64,000 nucleotides of DNA, from NCBI GenBank assembly GCA_964016885.1, contig OZ024740.1, positions 267,778,001 to 267,842,000 of the forward strand, written 5' to 3'. The position numbers were made by a program, and so were the translations under genes. This stretch comes from Eledone cirrhosa (lineage: Eukaryota). Below, in pieces: positions 14,720-32,700 of the stretch. The notes beneath the pieces are model-generated. The model was not told the DNA's origin. It saw only the letters and a list, made by a program, of their open reading frames with translations, and did not search any database. Position 1 is the stretch's first letter, and every line of letters begins with the position of its first letter.

Positions 14720-17700
14720 ACAACAGAACGAGACAACCACTAATACCACACAACAACAGAACGAGACAACCACTAATACCACACAACAACAGAACGAGAC
14801 AACCACTAATACCACACAACAACAGAAGGAGGCAACCACTAACACCACACAACAACAGAACGAGACAACCACTAACACCACACAACAACAGAATGAGACA
14901 ACCACTAACTCCACACAACAACAGAAGGAGACAACCACTAATACCACACAACAGAACAAGACAACCACTAATACCACACAACAACAGAAGGAGACAACCA
15001 CTAACACCACACAACAACAGAATGAGACGACTACTAATACCACACGACAACAGAAGGAAACAACCACTAATACCACACAACAACAGAAGGAGACAACCAC
15101 TAACACCACACAACAACAGAACGAGACAACCACTAATACCACACAACAACAGAAGGAGACAACCACTAACGCCACACAACAACAGAACGAGACAACCACT
15201 AATACCACACAACAACAGAAGGAGACAACCACTAATACCACACAACAACAGAAGGAGACAACCACTAATACCACACAACAACAGAACGAGACAACCACTA
15301 ATATCACACAACAACAGAACTGGACAACCACTAATACCACATAACAACAGGACGAGACAACCACTAATACCACACAACAACAGAATGAGACAACCACTAA
15401 TACCACATAACAACAGAACGAGACAACCACTAATACCACACAACAACAGAACAAGACAACCACTAATATCACACAACAACAGAACTGGACAACCAGTAAT
15501 ACCACACAACAACAGAACGAGACAACCACTAATACCACACAACAACAGAACGAGACAACCACTCATACCACACAACAACAGAACGAGACAACCACTAATA
15601 CCACACAACAACAGAACGAGACAACCACTAATACCACACAACAACAGAACGGGACAACCACTAATACCACACAACAACAGAACGAGACAACCACTAATAC
15701 CACACAACAACAGAACGAGACAACCACTAATACCACACAACTACAGAACGAGACAAGCACTAATACCACACAACAACAGAACGGGACAACCACTAATACA
15801 ACACAACAACAGAACGAGACAACCACTAATACCACACAACAACAGAACGAGACAACCACTAATACCACACAACAACAGAACGAGACAACCACTAATACCA
15901 CACAACAACAGAAGGAGGCAACCACTAACACCACACAACAACAGAACAAGACAACCACTAATACCACACAACAACAGAAGGAGACGACTACTAATACCAC
16001 ACAACAACAGAAGGAAACAACCACTAATACCACACAACAACAGAAGGAGACAACCACTAACACCACACAACAACAGAACGAGACAACCACTAATACCACA
16101 CAACAACAGAAGGAGACAACCACTAACGCCACACAACAACAGAACGAGACAACCACTAATACCACACAACAACAGAAGGAGACAACCACTAATACCACAC
16201 AACAACAGAAGGAGACAACCACTAATACCACACAACAACAGAACGAGACAACCACTAATACCACACAACAACAGAAGGAGACAACCACTAACACCACACA
16301 ACAACAGAACGAGACAACCACTAATACCACACAACAACAGAACGAGACAACCACTAATACCACACAACAACAGAACGAGACAACCACTAATATCACACAA
16401 CAACAGAACTGGACAACCACTAATACCACATAACAACAGGACGAGACAACCACTAATACCACACAACAACAGAACGAGACAACCACTAATACCACATAAC
16501 AACAGAACGAGACAACCACTAATACCACACAACAACAGAACGAGACAACCACTAATATCACACAACAATAGAACTGGACAACCACTAATACCACACAACA
16601 ACAGAACGAGACAACCACTAATACCACACAACAACAGAACGAGACAACCACTCATACCACACAACAACAGAACGAGACAAGCACTAATACCACACAACAA
16701 CAGAACGGGACAACCACTAATACAACACAACAACAGAACGAGACAACCACTAATACCACACAACAACAGAACGAGACAACCACTAATACCACACAACAAC
16801 AGAACGAGACAACCACTAATACCACACAACAACAGAACGAGACAACCACTAATACCACACAACAACAGAAGGAGGCAACCACTAACACCACACAACAACA
16901 GAACGAGACAACCACTAACACCACACAACAACAGAATGAGACAACCACTAACACCACACAACAACAGAAGGAGACAACCACTAATACCACACAACAACAG
17001 AACAAGACAACCACTAATACCACACAACAACAGAAGGAGACAACCACTAACACCACACAACAACAGAATGAGACGACTACTAATACCACACAACAACAGA
17101 AGGAAAGAACCACTAATACCACACAACAACAGAAGGAGACAACCACTAACACCACACAACAACAGAACAAGACAACCACTAATACCACACAACAACAGAA
17201 GGAGACAACCACTAACGCCACACAACAACAGAACGAGACAACCACTAATACCACACAACAACAGAACGAGACAACCACTAATACCACACAACAACAGAAG
17301 GAGACAACCACTAATACCACACAACAACAGAACGAGACAACCACTAATACCACACAACAACAGAAGGAGACAACCACTAACACCACACAACAACAGAACG
17401 AGACAACCACTAATACCACACAACAACAGAACGAGACAACCACTAATATCACACAACAACAGAACTGGACAACCACTAATACCACACAACAACAGAACGA
17501 GACAACCACTAATACCACAAAAACAGAAGGAATCAACCACTAATAACATACAACAACAGAACGAGACAACCACTATCACCACACAACAACAGAAGGAGAC
17601 AATCACTAACACCACACAACAACAGAACGAGAGGACTACTAATACCACACAACAACAGAAGGAGACAACCACTAATACCACACAACAACAGAAGGAGACA

Positions 17701-20700
17701 ACCACTAACACCACACAACAACAGAACGAGACAACCACTATTACCACACAACAACAGAAGGAGACAACCACTAACACCACACAACAACAGAAGGAGACAA
17801 CCACTAATACCACACAACAACAGAACGAGATAACCACTAATACCACACAACAACAGAACGAGACAACCACTAATACCACACAACAACAGAACGAGACAAC
17901 CACTAACGCCACACAACAACAGAAGGAGACAACCACTAATACCACACAACAACAGAACGAGACAACCACTAATACCACACAACAACAGAAGGAGACAACC
18001 ACTAACACCACACAACAACAGAAGGAGACAACCTCTAATACCACACAACAACAGAACGAGACAACCACTAATACCACACAACAACAGAACGAGACAACCA
18101 CTAATACCACACAACAACAGAACGAGACAACCACTAATACCACACAAGAACAGAACGAGACAACCACTAATACCACACAACAACAGAACGAGACAACCAC
18201 TAATATCACACAACAACAGAACTGGACAACCACTAATACCACATAACAACAGGACGAGACAACCACTAATACCACACAACAACAGAACGAGACAACCACT
18301 AATACCACACAACAACAGAAGGAGACAACCACTAACACCACACAACAACAGAAGGAGACAACCACTAATACCACACAACAACAGAACGAGACAACCACTA
18401 ATACCACACAACAACAGAACGAGACAACCACTAATACCACACAACAACAGAACGAGACAACCACTAATACCACACAAGAACAGAATGAGACAACCACTAA
18501 TACCACACAACAACAGAACGAGACAACCACTAATATCACACAACAACAGAACTGGACAACCACTAATACCACATAACAACAGGACGAGACAACCACTAAT
18601 ACCACAGAACAACAGAACGAGACAACCACTAATACCACATAACAACAGAACGAGACAACCACTAATACCACACAACAACAGAACGAGACAACCACTAATA
18701 TCACACAACAACAGAACTGGACAACCAGTAATACCACACAACAACAGAACGAGACAACCACTAATACCACACAACAACAGAACGAGACAACCACTCATAC
18801 CACACAACAACAGAACGAGACAACCACTAATACCACACAACAACAGAACGAGACAACCACTAATACCACACAACAACAGAACTGGACAACCACTAATACC
18901 ACACAACAACAGAACGAGACAACCACTAATACCACACAACAACAGAACGAGACAACCACTAATACCACACAACTACAGAACGAGACAAGCACTAATACCA
19001 CACAACAACAGAACGGGACAACCACTAATACAACACAACAACAGAACGAGACAACCACTAATACCACACAACAACAGAACGAGACAACCACTAATACCAC
19101 ACAACAACAGAACGAGACAACCACTAATACCACACAACAACAGAAGGAGGCAACCACTAACACCACACAACAACAGAACGAGACAACCACTAACACCACA
19201 CAACAACAGAACGAGACGACCACTAATACCACACAACAACAGAACGAGACAACCACTAATACCACACAACAACAGAACGAGACAACCACTAATACCACAC
19301 AACAACAGAAGGAGGCAACCACTAACACCACACAACAACAGAACGAGACAACCACTAACACCACACAACAACAGAATGAGACAACCACTAACACCACACA
19401 ACAACAGAAGGAGACAACCACTAATACCACACAACAACAGAACATGACAACCACTAATACCACACAACAACAGAAGGAGACAACCACTAACACCACACAA
19501 CAACAGAACGAGACAACCACTAATACCACACAACAACAGAAGGAGACAACCACTAACGCCACACAACAACAGAACGAGACAACCACTAATACCACACAAC
19601 AACAGAAGGAGACAACCACTAATACCACACAACAACAGAAGGAGACAACCACTAATACCACACAACAACAGAACGAGACAACCACTAATACCACACAACA
19701 ACAGAAGGAGACAACCACTAACACCACACAACAACAGAACGAGACAACCACTAACACCACACAACAACAGAACGAGACAACCACTAATACCACACAACAA
19801 CAGAACTGGACAACCACTAATACCACACAACAACAGAACGAGACAACCACTAATACCACAAAAACAGAAGGAATCAACCACTAATACCATACAACAACAG
19901 AACGAGACAACCACTATCACCACACAACAACAGAACGAGACAACCACTAATACCACACAACAACAGAACGAGACAACCACTAATACCACACAACAACAGA
20001 ACGAGACAACCACTAATACCACACAACAACAGAACGAGACAACCACTAATACCACAGAACAACAGAACGAGACAACCACTAATACTACACAACAAAAGAA
20101 CGAGACAACCACTAATACCACACAACAACAGAAGGAGACAACCACTAATACCACACAACAACAGATCGAGACAACCACTAATACCACACAGCAACAGAAC
20201 GAGACAACCACTAATACCACACAACAACAGAACGAGACAACCACTAATATCACACAACAACAGAATGAGACAACCACTAATACCACACAACAACAGAACA
20301 AGACAAACCACTAATACCACACAACAACAGAACGAGACAACCACTAACACCACACAACAACAGAAGGAGAAATCACTAACACCACACAACAACAGAACGA
20401 GAGGACTACTAATACCACACAACAACAGAAGGAGACAACCACTAATACCACACAACAACAGAAGGAGACAACCACTAACACCACACAACAACAGAACGAG
20501 ACAACCACTATTACCACACAACAACAGAAGGAGACAACCACTAACACCACACAACAACAGAAGGAGACAACCACTAATACCACACAACAACAGAACGAGA
20601 TAACCACTAATACCACACAACAACAGAACGAGACAACCACTAATACCACACAACAACAGAACGAGACAACCACTAATACCACACAACAACAGAACGAGAC

Positions 20701-23700
20701 AACCACTAATACCACACAACAACAGAAGGAGGCAACCACTAACACCACACAACAACAGAACGAGACAACCACTAACACCACACAACAACAGAATGAGACA
20801 ACCACTAACTCCACACAACAACAGAAGGAGACAACCACTAATACCACACAACAGAACAAGACAACCACTAATACCACACAACAACAGAAGGAGACAACCA
20901 CTAACACCACACAACAACAGAATGAGACGACTACTAATACCACACGACAACAGAAGGAAACAACCACTAATACCACACAACAACAGAAGGAGACAACCAC
21001 TAACACCACACAACAACAGAACGAGACAACCACTAATACCACACAACAACAGAAGGAGACAACCACTAACGCCACACAACAACAGAACGAGACAACCACT
21101 AATACCACACAACAACAGAAGGAGACAACCACTAATACCACACAACAACAGAAGGAGACAACCACTAATACCACACAACAACAGAACGAGACAACCACTA
21201 ATATCACACAACAACAGAACTGGACAACCACTAATACCACATAACAACAGGACGAGACAACCACTAATACCACACAACAACAGAATGAGACAACCACTAA
21301 TACCACATAACAACAGAACGAGACAACCACTAATACCACACAACAACAGAACAAGACAACCACTAATATCACACAACAACAGAACTGGACAACCAGTAAT
21401 ACCACACAACAACAGAACGAGACAACCACTAATACCACACAACAACAGAACGAGACAACCACTCATACCACACAACAACAGAACGAGACAACCACTAATA
21501 CCACACAACAACAGAACGAGACAACCACTAATACCACACAACAACAGAACGGGACAACCACTAATACCACACAACAACAGAACGAGACAACCACTAATAC
21601 CACACAACAACAGAACGAGACAACCACTAATACCACACAACTACAGAACGAGACAAGCACTAATACCACACAACAACAGAACGGGACAACCACTAATACA
21701 ACACAACAACAGAACGAGACAACCACTAATACCACACAACAACAGAACGAGACAACCACTAATACCACACAACAACAGAACGAGACAACCACTAATACCA
21801 CACAACAACAGAAGGAGGCAACCACTAACACCACACAACAACAGAACAAGACAACCACTAATACCACACAACAACAGAAGGAGACGACTACTAATACCAC
21901 ACAACAACAGAAGGAAACAACCACTAATACCACACAACAACAGAAGGAGACAACCACTAACACCACACAACAACAGAACGAGACAACCACTAATACCACA
22001 CAACAACAGAAGGAGACAACCACTAACGCCACACAACAACAGAACGAGACAACCACTAATACCACACAACAACAGAAGGAGACAACCACTAATACCACAC
22101 AACAACAGAAGGAGACAACCACTAATACCACACAACAACAGAACGAGACAACCACTAATACCACACAACAACAGAAGGAGACAACCACTAACACCACACA
22201 ACAACAGAACGAGACAACCACTAATACCACACAACAACAGAACGAGACAACCACTAATACCACACAACAACAGAACGAGACAACCACTAATATCACACAA
22301 CAACAGAACTGGACAACCACTAATACCACATAACAACAGGACGAGACAACCACTAATACCACACAACAACAGAACGAGACAACCACTAATACCACATAAC
22401 AACAGAACGAGACAACCACTAATACCACACAACAACAGAACGAGACAACCACTAATATCACACAACAATAGAACTGGACAACCACTAATACCACACAACA
22501 ACAGAACGAGACAACCACTAATACCACACAACAACAGAACGAGACAACCACTCATACCACACAACAACAGAACGAGACAACCACTAATACCACACAACAA
22601 CAGAACGAGACAACCACTAATACCACACAACAACAGAACTGGACAACCACTAATACCACACAACAACAGAACGAGACAACCACTAATACCACACAACAAC
22701 AGAACGAGACAACCACTAATACCACACAACTACAGAACGAGACAAGCACTAATACCACACAACAACAGAACGGGACAACCACTAATACAACACAACAACA
22801 GAACGAGACAACCACTAATACCACACAACAACAGAACGAGACAACCACTAATACCACACAACAACAGAACGAGACAACCACTAATACCACACAACAACAG
22901 AACGAGACAACCACTAATACCACACAACAACAGAAGGAGGCAACCACTAACACCACACAACAACAGAACGAGACAACCACTAACACCACACAACAACAGA
23001 ATGAGACAACCACTAACACCACACAACAACAGAAGGAGACAACCACTAATACCACACAACAACAGAACAAGACAACCACTAATACCACACAACAACAGAA
23101 GGAGACAACCACTAACACCACACAACAACAGAATGAGACGACTACTAATACCACACAACAACAGAAGGAAAGAACCACTAATACCACACAACAACAGAAG
23201 GAGACAACCACTAACACCACACAACAACAGAACAAGACAACCACTAATACCACACAACAACAGAAGGAGACAACCACTAACGCCACACAACAACAGAACG
23301 AGACAACCACTAATACCACACAACAACAGAACGAGACAACCACTAATACCACACAACAACAGAAGGAGACAACCACTAATACCACACAACAACAGAACGA
23401 GACAACCACTAATACCACACAACAACAGAAGGAGACAACCACTAACACCACACAACAACAGAACGAGACAACCACTAATACCACACAACAACAGAACGAG
23501 ACAACCACTAATATCACACAACAACAGAACTGGACAACCACTAATACCACACAACAACAGAACGAGACAACCACTAATACCACAAAAACAGAAGGAATCA
23601 ACCACTAATAACATACAACAACAGAACGAGACAACCACTATCACCACACAACAACAGAAGGAGACAATCACTAACACCACACAACAACAGAACGAGAGGA

Positions 23701-26700
23701 CTACTAATACCACACAACAACAGAAGGAGACAACCACTAATACCACACAACAACAGAAGGAGACAACCACTAACACCACACAACAACAGAACGAGACAAC
23801 CACTATTACCACACAACAACAGAAGGAGACAACCACTAACACCACACAACAACAGAAGGAGACAACCACTAATACCACACAACAACAGAACGAGATAACC
23901 ACTAATACCACACAACAACAGAACGAGACAACCACTAATACCACACAACAACAGAACGAGACAACCACTAACGCCACACAACAACAGAAGGAGACAACCA
24001 CTAATACCACACAACAACAGAACGAGACAACCACTAATACCACACAACAACAGAAGGAGACAACCACTAACACCACACAACAACAGAAGGAGACAACCTC
24101 TAATACCACACAACAACAGAACGAGACAACCACTAATACCACACAACAACAGAACGAGACAACCACTAATACCACACAACAACAGAACGAGACAACCACT
24201 AATACCACACAAGAACAGAACGAGACAACCACTAATACCACACAACAACAGAACGAGACAACCACTAATATCACACAACAACAGAACTGGACAACCACTA
24301 ATACCACATAACAACAGGACGAGACAACCACTAATACCACACAACAACAGAACGAGACAACCACTAATACCACACAACAACAGAAGGAGACAACCACTAA
24401 CACCACACAACAACAGAAGGAGACAACCACTAATACCACACAACAACAGAACGAGACAACCACTAATACCACACAACAACAGAACGAGACAACCACTAAT
24501 ACCACACAACAACAGAACGAGACAACCACTAATACCACACAAGAACAGAATGAGACAACCACTAATACCACACAACAACAGAACGAGACAACCACTAATA
24601 TCACACAACAACAGAACTGGACAACCACTAATACCACATAACAACAGGACGAGACAACCACTAATACCACAGAACAACAGAACGAGACAACCACTAATAC
24701 CACATAACAACAGAACGAGACAACCACTAATACCACACAACAACAGAACGAGACAACCACTAATATCACACAACAACAGAACTGGACAACCAGTAATACC
24801 ACACAACAACAGAACGAGACAACCACTAATACCACACAACAACAGAACGAGACAACCACTCATACCACACAACAACAGAACGAGACAACCACTAATACCA
24901 CACAACAACAGAACGAGACAACCACTAATACCACACAACAACAGAACTGGACAACCACTAATACCACACAACAACAGAACGAGACAACCACTAATACCAC
25001 ACAACAACAGAACGAGACAACCACTAATACCACACAACTACAGAACGAGACAAGCACTAATACCACACAACAACAGAACGGGACAACCACTAATACAACA
25101 CAACAACAGAACGAGACAACCACTAATACCACACAACAACAGAACGAGACAACCACTAATACCACACAACAACAGAACGAGACAACCACTAATACCACAC
25201 AACAACAGAAGGAGGCAACCACTAACACCACACAACAACAGAACGAGACAACCACTAACACCACACAACAACAGAACGAGACGACCACTAATACCACACA
25301 ACAACAGAACGAGACAACCACTAATACCACACAACAACAGAACGAGACAACCACTAATACCACACAACAACAGAAGGAGGCAACCACTAACACCACACAA
25401 CAACAGAACGAGACAACCACTAACACCACACAACAACAGAATGAGACAACCACTAACACCACACAACAACAGAAGGAGACAACCACTAATACCACACAAC
25501 AACAGAACATGACAACCACTAATACCACACAACAACAGAAGGAGACAACCACTAACACCACACAACAACAGAACGAGACAACCACTAATACCACACAACA
25601 ACAGAAGGAGACAACCACTAACGCCACACAACAACAGAACGAGACAACCACTAATACCACACAACAACAGAAGGAGACAACCACTAATACCACACAACAA
25701 CAGAAGGAGACAACCACTAATACCACACAACAACAGAACGAGACAACCACTAATACCACACAACAACAGAAGGAGACAACCACTAACACCACACAACAAC
25801 AGAACGAGACAACCACTAACACCACACAACAACAGAACGAGACAACCACTAATACCACACAACAACAGAACTGGACAACCACTAATACCACACAACAACA
25901 GAACGAGACAACCACTAATACCACAAAAACAGAAGGAATCAACCACTAATACCATACAACAACAGAACGAGACAACCACTATCACCACACAACAACAGAA
26001 CGAGACAACCACTAATACCACACAACAACAGAACGAGACAACCACTAATACCACACAACAACAGAACGAGACAACCACTAATACCACACAACAACAGAAC
26101 GAGACAACCACTAATACCACAGAACAACAGAACGAGACAACCACTAATACTACACAACAAAAGAACGAGACAACCACTAATACCACACAACAACAGAAGG
26201 AGACAACCACTAATACCACACAACAACAGATCGAGACAACCACTAATACCACACAGCAACAGAACGAGACAACCACTAATACCACACAACAACAGAACGA
26301 GACAACCACTAATATCACACAACAACAGAATGAGACAACCACTAATACCACACAACAACAGAACAAGACAAACCACTAATACCACACAACAACAGAACGA
26401 GACAACCACTAACACCACACAACAACAGAAGGAGAAATCACTAACACCACACAACAACAGAACGAGAGGACTACTAATACCACACAACAACAGAAGGAGA
26501 CAACCACTAATACCACACAACAACAGAAGGAGACAACCACTAACACCACACAACAACAGAACGAGACAACCACTATTACCACACAACAACAGAAGGAGAC
26601 AACCACTAACACCACACAACAACAGAAGGAGACAACCACTAATACCACACAACAACAGAACGAGATAACCACTAATACCACACAACAACAGAACGAGACA

Positions 26701-26735
26701 ACCACTAATACCACACAACAACAGAACGAGACAAC
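14720..26735. repeat. Tandem higher-order duplication, offset 5900 then 6065 bp (~14720-20670 vs ~20620-26735)
   Basis: Private markers AACTCC (~14910/20810), a 30-bp monomer (~14941/20841) and CACGAC (~15044/20944) sit at offset 5900. AATAACATA (~17545/23610), AACATG (19444/25509) and the 31-bp monomers (17536/23601, 19877/25942) sit at offset 6065. The first copy lacks 5 monomers (165 bp) near 16670. Confidence 0.93.
20340..20371. repeat. 32-bp (-1) landmark monomer ...AAGGAGAAATCACT; 5 copies
   Basis: Copies near 20370, 26435, 32336, 45048 and 49335, each two monomers after a 34-bp monomer. Confidence 0.88.
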
Positions 26736-29700
26736 CACTAACGTCACACAACAACAGAAGGAGACAACCACTAATACCACACAACAACAGAACGAGACAA
26801 CCACTAATACCACACAACAACAGAAAGAGACAACCACTAACACCACACAACAACAGAAGGAGACAACCTCTAATACCACACAACAACAGAACGAGACAAC
26901 CACTAATACCACACAACAACAGAACGAGACAACCACTAATACCACACAACAACAGAACGAGACAACCACTAATACCACACAAGAACAGAACGAGACAACC
27001 ACTAATACCACACAACAACAGAACGAGACAACCACTAATACCACACAACAACAGAACTGGACAACCACTAATACCACATAACAACAGGACGAGACAACCA
27101 CTAATACCACAGAACAACAGAACGAGACAACCACTAATACCACATAACAACAGAACGAGACAACCACTAATACCACACAACAACAGAACGAGACAACCAC
27201 TAATATCACACAACAACAGAACTGGACAACCAGTAATACCACACAACAACAGAACGAGACAACCACTAATACCACACAACAACAGAACGAGACAACCACT
27301 AATACCACACAACAACAGAAGGAGGCAACCACTAACACCACACAACAACAGAACAAGACAACCACTAATACCACACAACAACAGAAGGAGACAACCACTA
27401 ACACCACACAACAACAGAATGAGACGACTACTAATACCACACAACAACAGAAGGAAACAACCACTAATACCACACAACAACAGAAGGAGACAACCACTAA
27501 CACCACACAACAACAGAACGAGACAACCACTAATACCACACAACAACAGAAGGAGACAACCACTAACGCCACACAACAACAGAACGAGACAACCACTAAT
27601 ACCACACAACAACAGAAGGAGACAACCACTAATACCACACAACAACAGAAGGAGACAACCACTAATACCACACAACAACAGAACGAGACAACCACTAATA
27701 CCACACAACAACAGAAGGAGACAACCACTAACACCACACAACAACAGAACGAGACAACCACTAATACCACACAACAACAGAACGAGACAACCACTAATAC
27801 CACACAACAACAGAACGAGACAACCACTAATATCACACAACAACAGAACTGGTCAACCACTAATACCACACAACAACAGAACGAGACAACCACTAATACC
27901 ACAAAAACAGAAGGAATCAACCACTAATACCATACAACAACAGAACGAGACAACCACTATCACCACACAACAACAGAACGAGACAACCACTAATACCACA
28001 CAACAACTGAACGAGACAACCACTAATACCACACAACAACAGAACGAGACAACCACTAATACCACACAACAACAGAACGAGACAACCACTAATACCAGAC
28101 AACAACGGAACGAGACAACCACTAATACCACACAACAACAGAACGAGACAACCACTAATACCACACAACAACAGAACGAGACAACCACTAATACCACACA
28201 ACAACAGAACGAGACAACCACTAATACCACACAACAACAGAACGAGACAACCACTAATACCACACAACAACGGAACGAGACAACCACTAATACCACACAA
28301 CAACAGAACGAGACAACCACTAATACCACACAACAACAGAACGAGACAACCACTAATACCACACAACAACAGAACGAGAGAACCACTAATACCACACAAC
28401 AACAGAACGAGACAACCACTAATACCACAGAACAACAGAACGAGACAACCACTAATACTACACAACAAAAGAACGAGACAATCACTAATACCACACAACA
28501 ACAGAAGGAGACAACCACTAATACCACACAACAACAGAAGGAGACAACCACTAATACCACACAACAACAGAACGAGACAACCACTAATACCACACAGCAA
28601 GAGAACGAGACAACCACTAATACCACACAACAACAGAACGAGACAACCACTAATATCACACAACAACAGAACGAGACAACCACTAATACCACACAACAAC
28701 AGAACAAGACAAACCACTAATACCACACAACAACAGAAAGAGACAACCACTAACACCACACAACAACAGAAGGAGACAACCACTAACACCACACAACAAC
28801 AGAACGAGAGGACTACTAATACCACACAACAACAGAAGGAGACAACCACTAATACCACACAACAACAGAAGGAGACAATCACTAACACCACACAACAACA
28901 GAACGAGACAACCACTATTACCACACAACAACAGAAGGAGACAACCACTAACACCACACAACAACAGAAGGAGACAACCACTAATACCACACAACAACAG
29001 AATGAGACGACTACTAATACCACACAACAACAGAAGGAAACAACCACTAATACCACACAACAACAGAAGGAGACAACCACTAACACCACACAACAACAGA
29101 ACGAGACAACCACTAATACCACACAACAACAGAAGGAGACAACCACTAACGCCACACAACAACAGAACGAGACAACCACTAATACCACACAACAACAGAA
29201 GGAGACAACCACTAATACCACACAACAACAGAAGGAGACAACCACTAATACCACACAACAACAGAACGAGACAACCACTAATACCACACAACAACAGAAG
29301 GAGACAACCACTAACACCACACAACAACAGAACGAGACAACCACTAATACCACACAACAACAGAACGAGACAACCACTAATATCACACAATAACAGAACT
29401 GGACAACCACTAATACCACACAACAACAGAACGAGACAACCACTAATACCACAAAAACAGAAGGAATCAACCACTAATACCATACAACAACAGAACGAGA
29501 CAACCACTATCACCACACAACAACAGAAGGAGACAATCACTAACACCACACAACAACAGAACGAGAGGACTACTAATACCACACAACAACAGAAGGAGAC
29601 AACCACTAATACCACACAACAACAGAAGGAGACAACCACTAACACCACACAACAACAGAACGAGACAACCACTATTACCACACAACAACAGAAGGAGACA

Positions 29701-32700
29701 ACCACTAACACCACACAACAACAGAAGGAGACAACCACTAATACCACACAACAACAGAACGAGATAACCACTAATACCACACAACAACAGAACGAGACAA
29801 CCACTAATACCACACAACAACAGAACGAGACAACCACTAACGCCACACAACAACAGAAGGAGACAACCACTAATACCACACAACAACAGAACGAGACAAC
29901 CACTAATACCACACAACAACAGAAGGAGACAACCACTAACACCACACAACAACAGAAGGAGACAACCTCTAATACCACACAACAACAGAACGAGACAACC
30001 ACTAATACCACACAACAACAGAACGAGACAACCACTAATACCACACAACAACAGAACGAGACAACCACTAATACCACACAAGAACAGAACGAGACAACCA
30101 CTAATACCACACAACAACAGAACGAGACAACCACTAATATCACACAACAACAGAACTGGACAACCACTAATACCACATAACAACAGGACGAGACAACCAC
30201 TAATACCACACAACAACAGAACGAGACAACCACTAATACCACACAACAACAGAAGGAGACAACCACTAACACCACACAACAACAGAAGGAGACAACCACT
30301 AATACCACACAACAACAGAACGAGACAACCACTAATACCACACAACAACAGAACGAGACAACCACTAATACCACACAACAACAGAACGAGACAACCACTA
30401 ATACCACACAAGAACAGAATGAGACAACCACTAATACCACACAACAACAGAACGAGACAACCACTAATATCACACAACAACAGAACTGGACAACCACTAA
30501 TACCACATAACAACAGGACGAGACAACCACTAATACCACAGAACAACAGAACGAGACAACCACTAATACCACATAACAACAGAACGAGACAACCACTAAT
30601 ACCACACAACAACAGAACGAGACAACCACTAATATCACACAACAACAGAACTGGACAACCAGTAATACCACACAACAACAGAACGAGACAACCACTAATA
30701 CCACACAACAACAGAACGAGACAACCACTCATACCACACAACAACAGAACGAGACAACCACTAATACCACACAACAACAGAACGAGACAACCACTAATAC
30801 CACACAACAACAGAACTGGACAACCACTAATACCACACAACAACAGAACGAGACAACCACTAATACCACACAACAACAGAACGAGACAACCACTAATACC
30901 ACACAACTACAGAACGAGACAAGCACTAATACCACACAACAACAGAACGGGACAACCACTAATACAACACAACAACAGAACGAGACAACCACTAATACCA
31001 CACAACAACAGAACGAGACAACCACTAATACCACACAACAACAGAACGAGACAACCACTAATACCACACAACAACAGAAGGAGGCAACCACTAACACCAC
31101 ACAACAACAGAACGAGACAACCACTAACACCACACAACAACAGAACGAGACAACCACTAATACCACACAACAACAGAACGAGACAACCACTAATACCACA
31201 CAACAACAGAACGAGACAACCACTAATACCACACAACAACAGAAGGAGGCAACCACTAACACCACACAACAACAGAACGAGACAACCACTAACACCACAC
31301 AACAACAGAATGAGACAACCACCAACACCACACAACAACAGAAGGAGACAACCACTAATACCACACAACAACAGAACAAGTCAACCACTAATACCACACA
31401 ACAACAGAAGGAGACAACCACTAACACCACACAACAACAGAACGAGACAACCACTAATACCACACAACAACAGAAGGAGACAACCACTAACGCCACACAA
31501 CAACAGAACGAGACAACCACTAATACCACACAACAACAGAAGGAGACAACCACTAATACCACACAACAACAGAAGGAGACAACCACTAATACCACACAAC
31601 AACAGAACGAGACAACCACTAATACCACACAACAACAGAAGAGACAAACACTAACACCACACAACAACAGAACGAGACAACCACTAACACCACACAACAA
31701 CAGAACGAGACAACCACTAATACCACACAACAACAGAACTGGACAACCACTAATACCACACAACAACAGAACGAGACAACCACTAATACCACAAAAACAG
31801 AAGGAATCAACCACTAATACCATACAACAACAGAACGAGACAACCACTATCACCACACAACAACAGAACGAGACAACCACTAATACCACACAACAACAGA
31901 ACGAGACAACCACTAATACCACACAACAACAGAACGAGACAACCACTAATACCACACAACAACAGAACGAGACAACCACTAATACCACACAACAACAGAA
32001 CGAGACAACCACTAATACCACAGAACAACAGAACGAGACAACCACTAATACTACACAACAAAAGAACGAGACAACCACTAATACCACACAACAACAGAAG
32101 GAGACAACCACTAATACCACACAACAACAGATCGAGACAACCACTAATACCACACAGCAACAGAACGAGACAACCACTAATACCACACAACAACAGAACG
32201 AGACAACCACTAATATCACACAACAACAGAATGAGACAACCACTAATACGACACAACAACAGAACAAGACAAACCACTAATACCACACAACAACAGAACG
32301 AGACAACCACTAACACCACACAACAACAGAAGGAGAAATCACTAACACCACACAACAACAGAACGAGAGGACTACTAATACCACACAACAACAGAAGGAG
32401 ACAACCACTAATACCACACAACAACAGAAGGAGACAACCACTAACACCACACAACAACAGAACGAGACAACCACTATTACCACACAACAACAGAAGGAGA
32501 CAACCACTAACACCACACAACAACAGAAGGAGACAACCACTAATACCACACAACAACAGAACGAGATAACCACTAATACCACACAACAACAGAACGAGAC
32601 AACCACTAATACCACACAACAACAGAACGAGACAACCACTAACGCCACACAACAACAGAAGGAGACAACCACTAATACCACACAACAACAGAACGAGACA

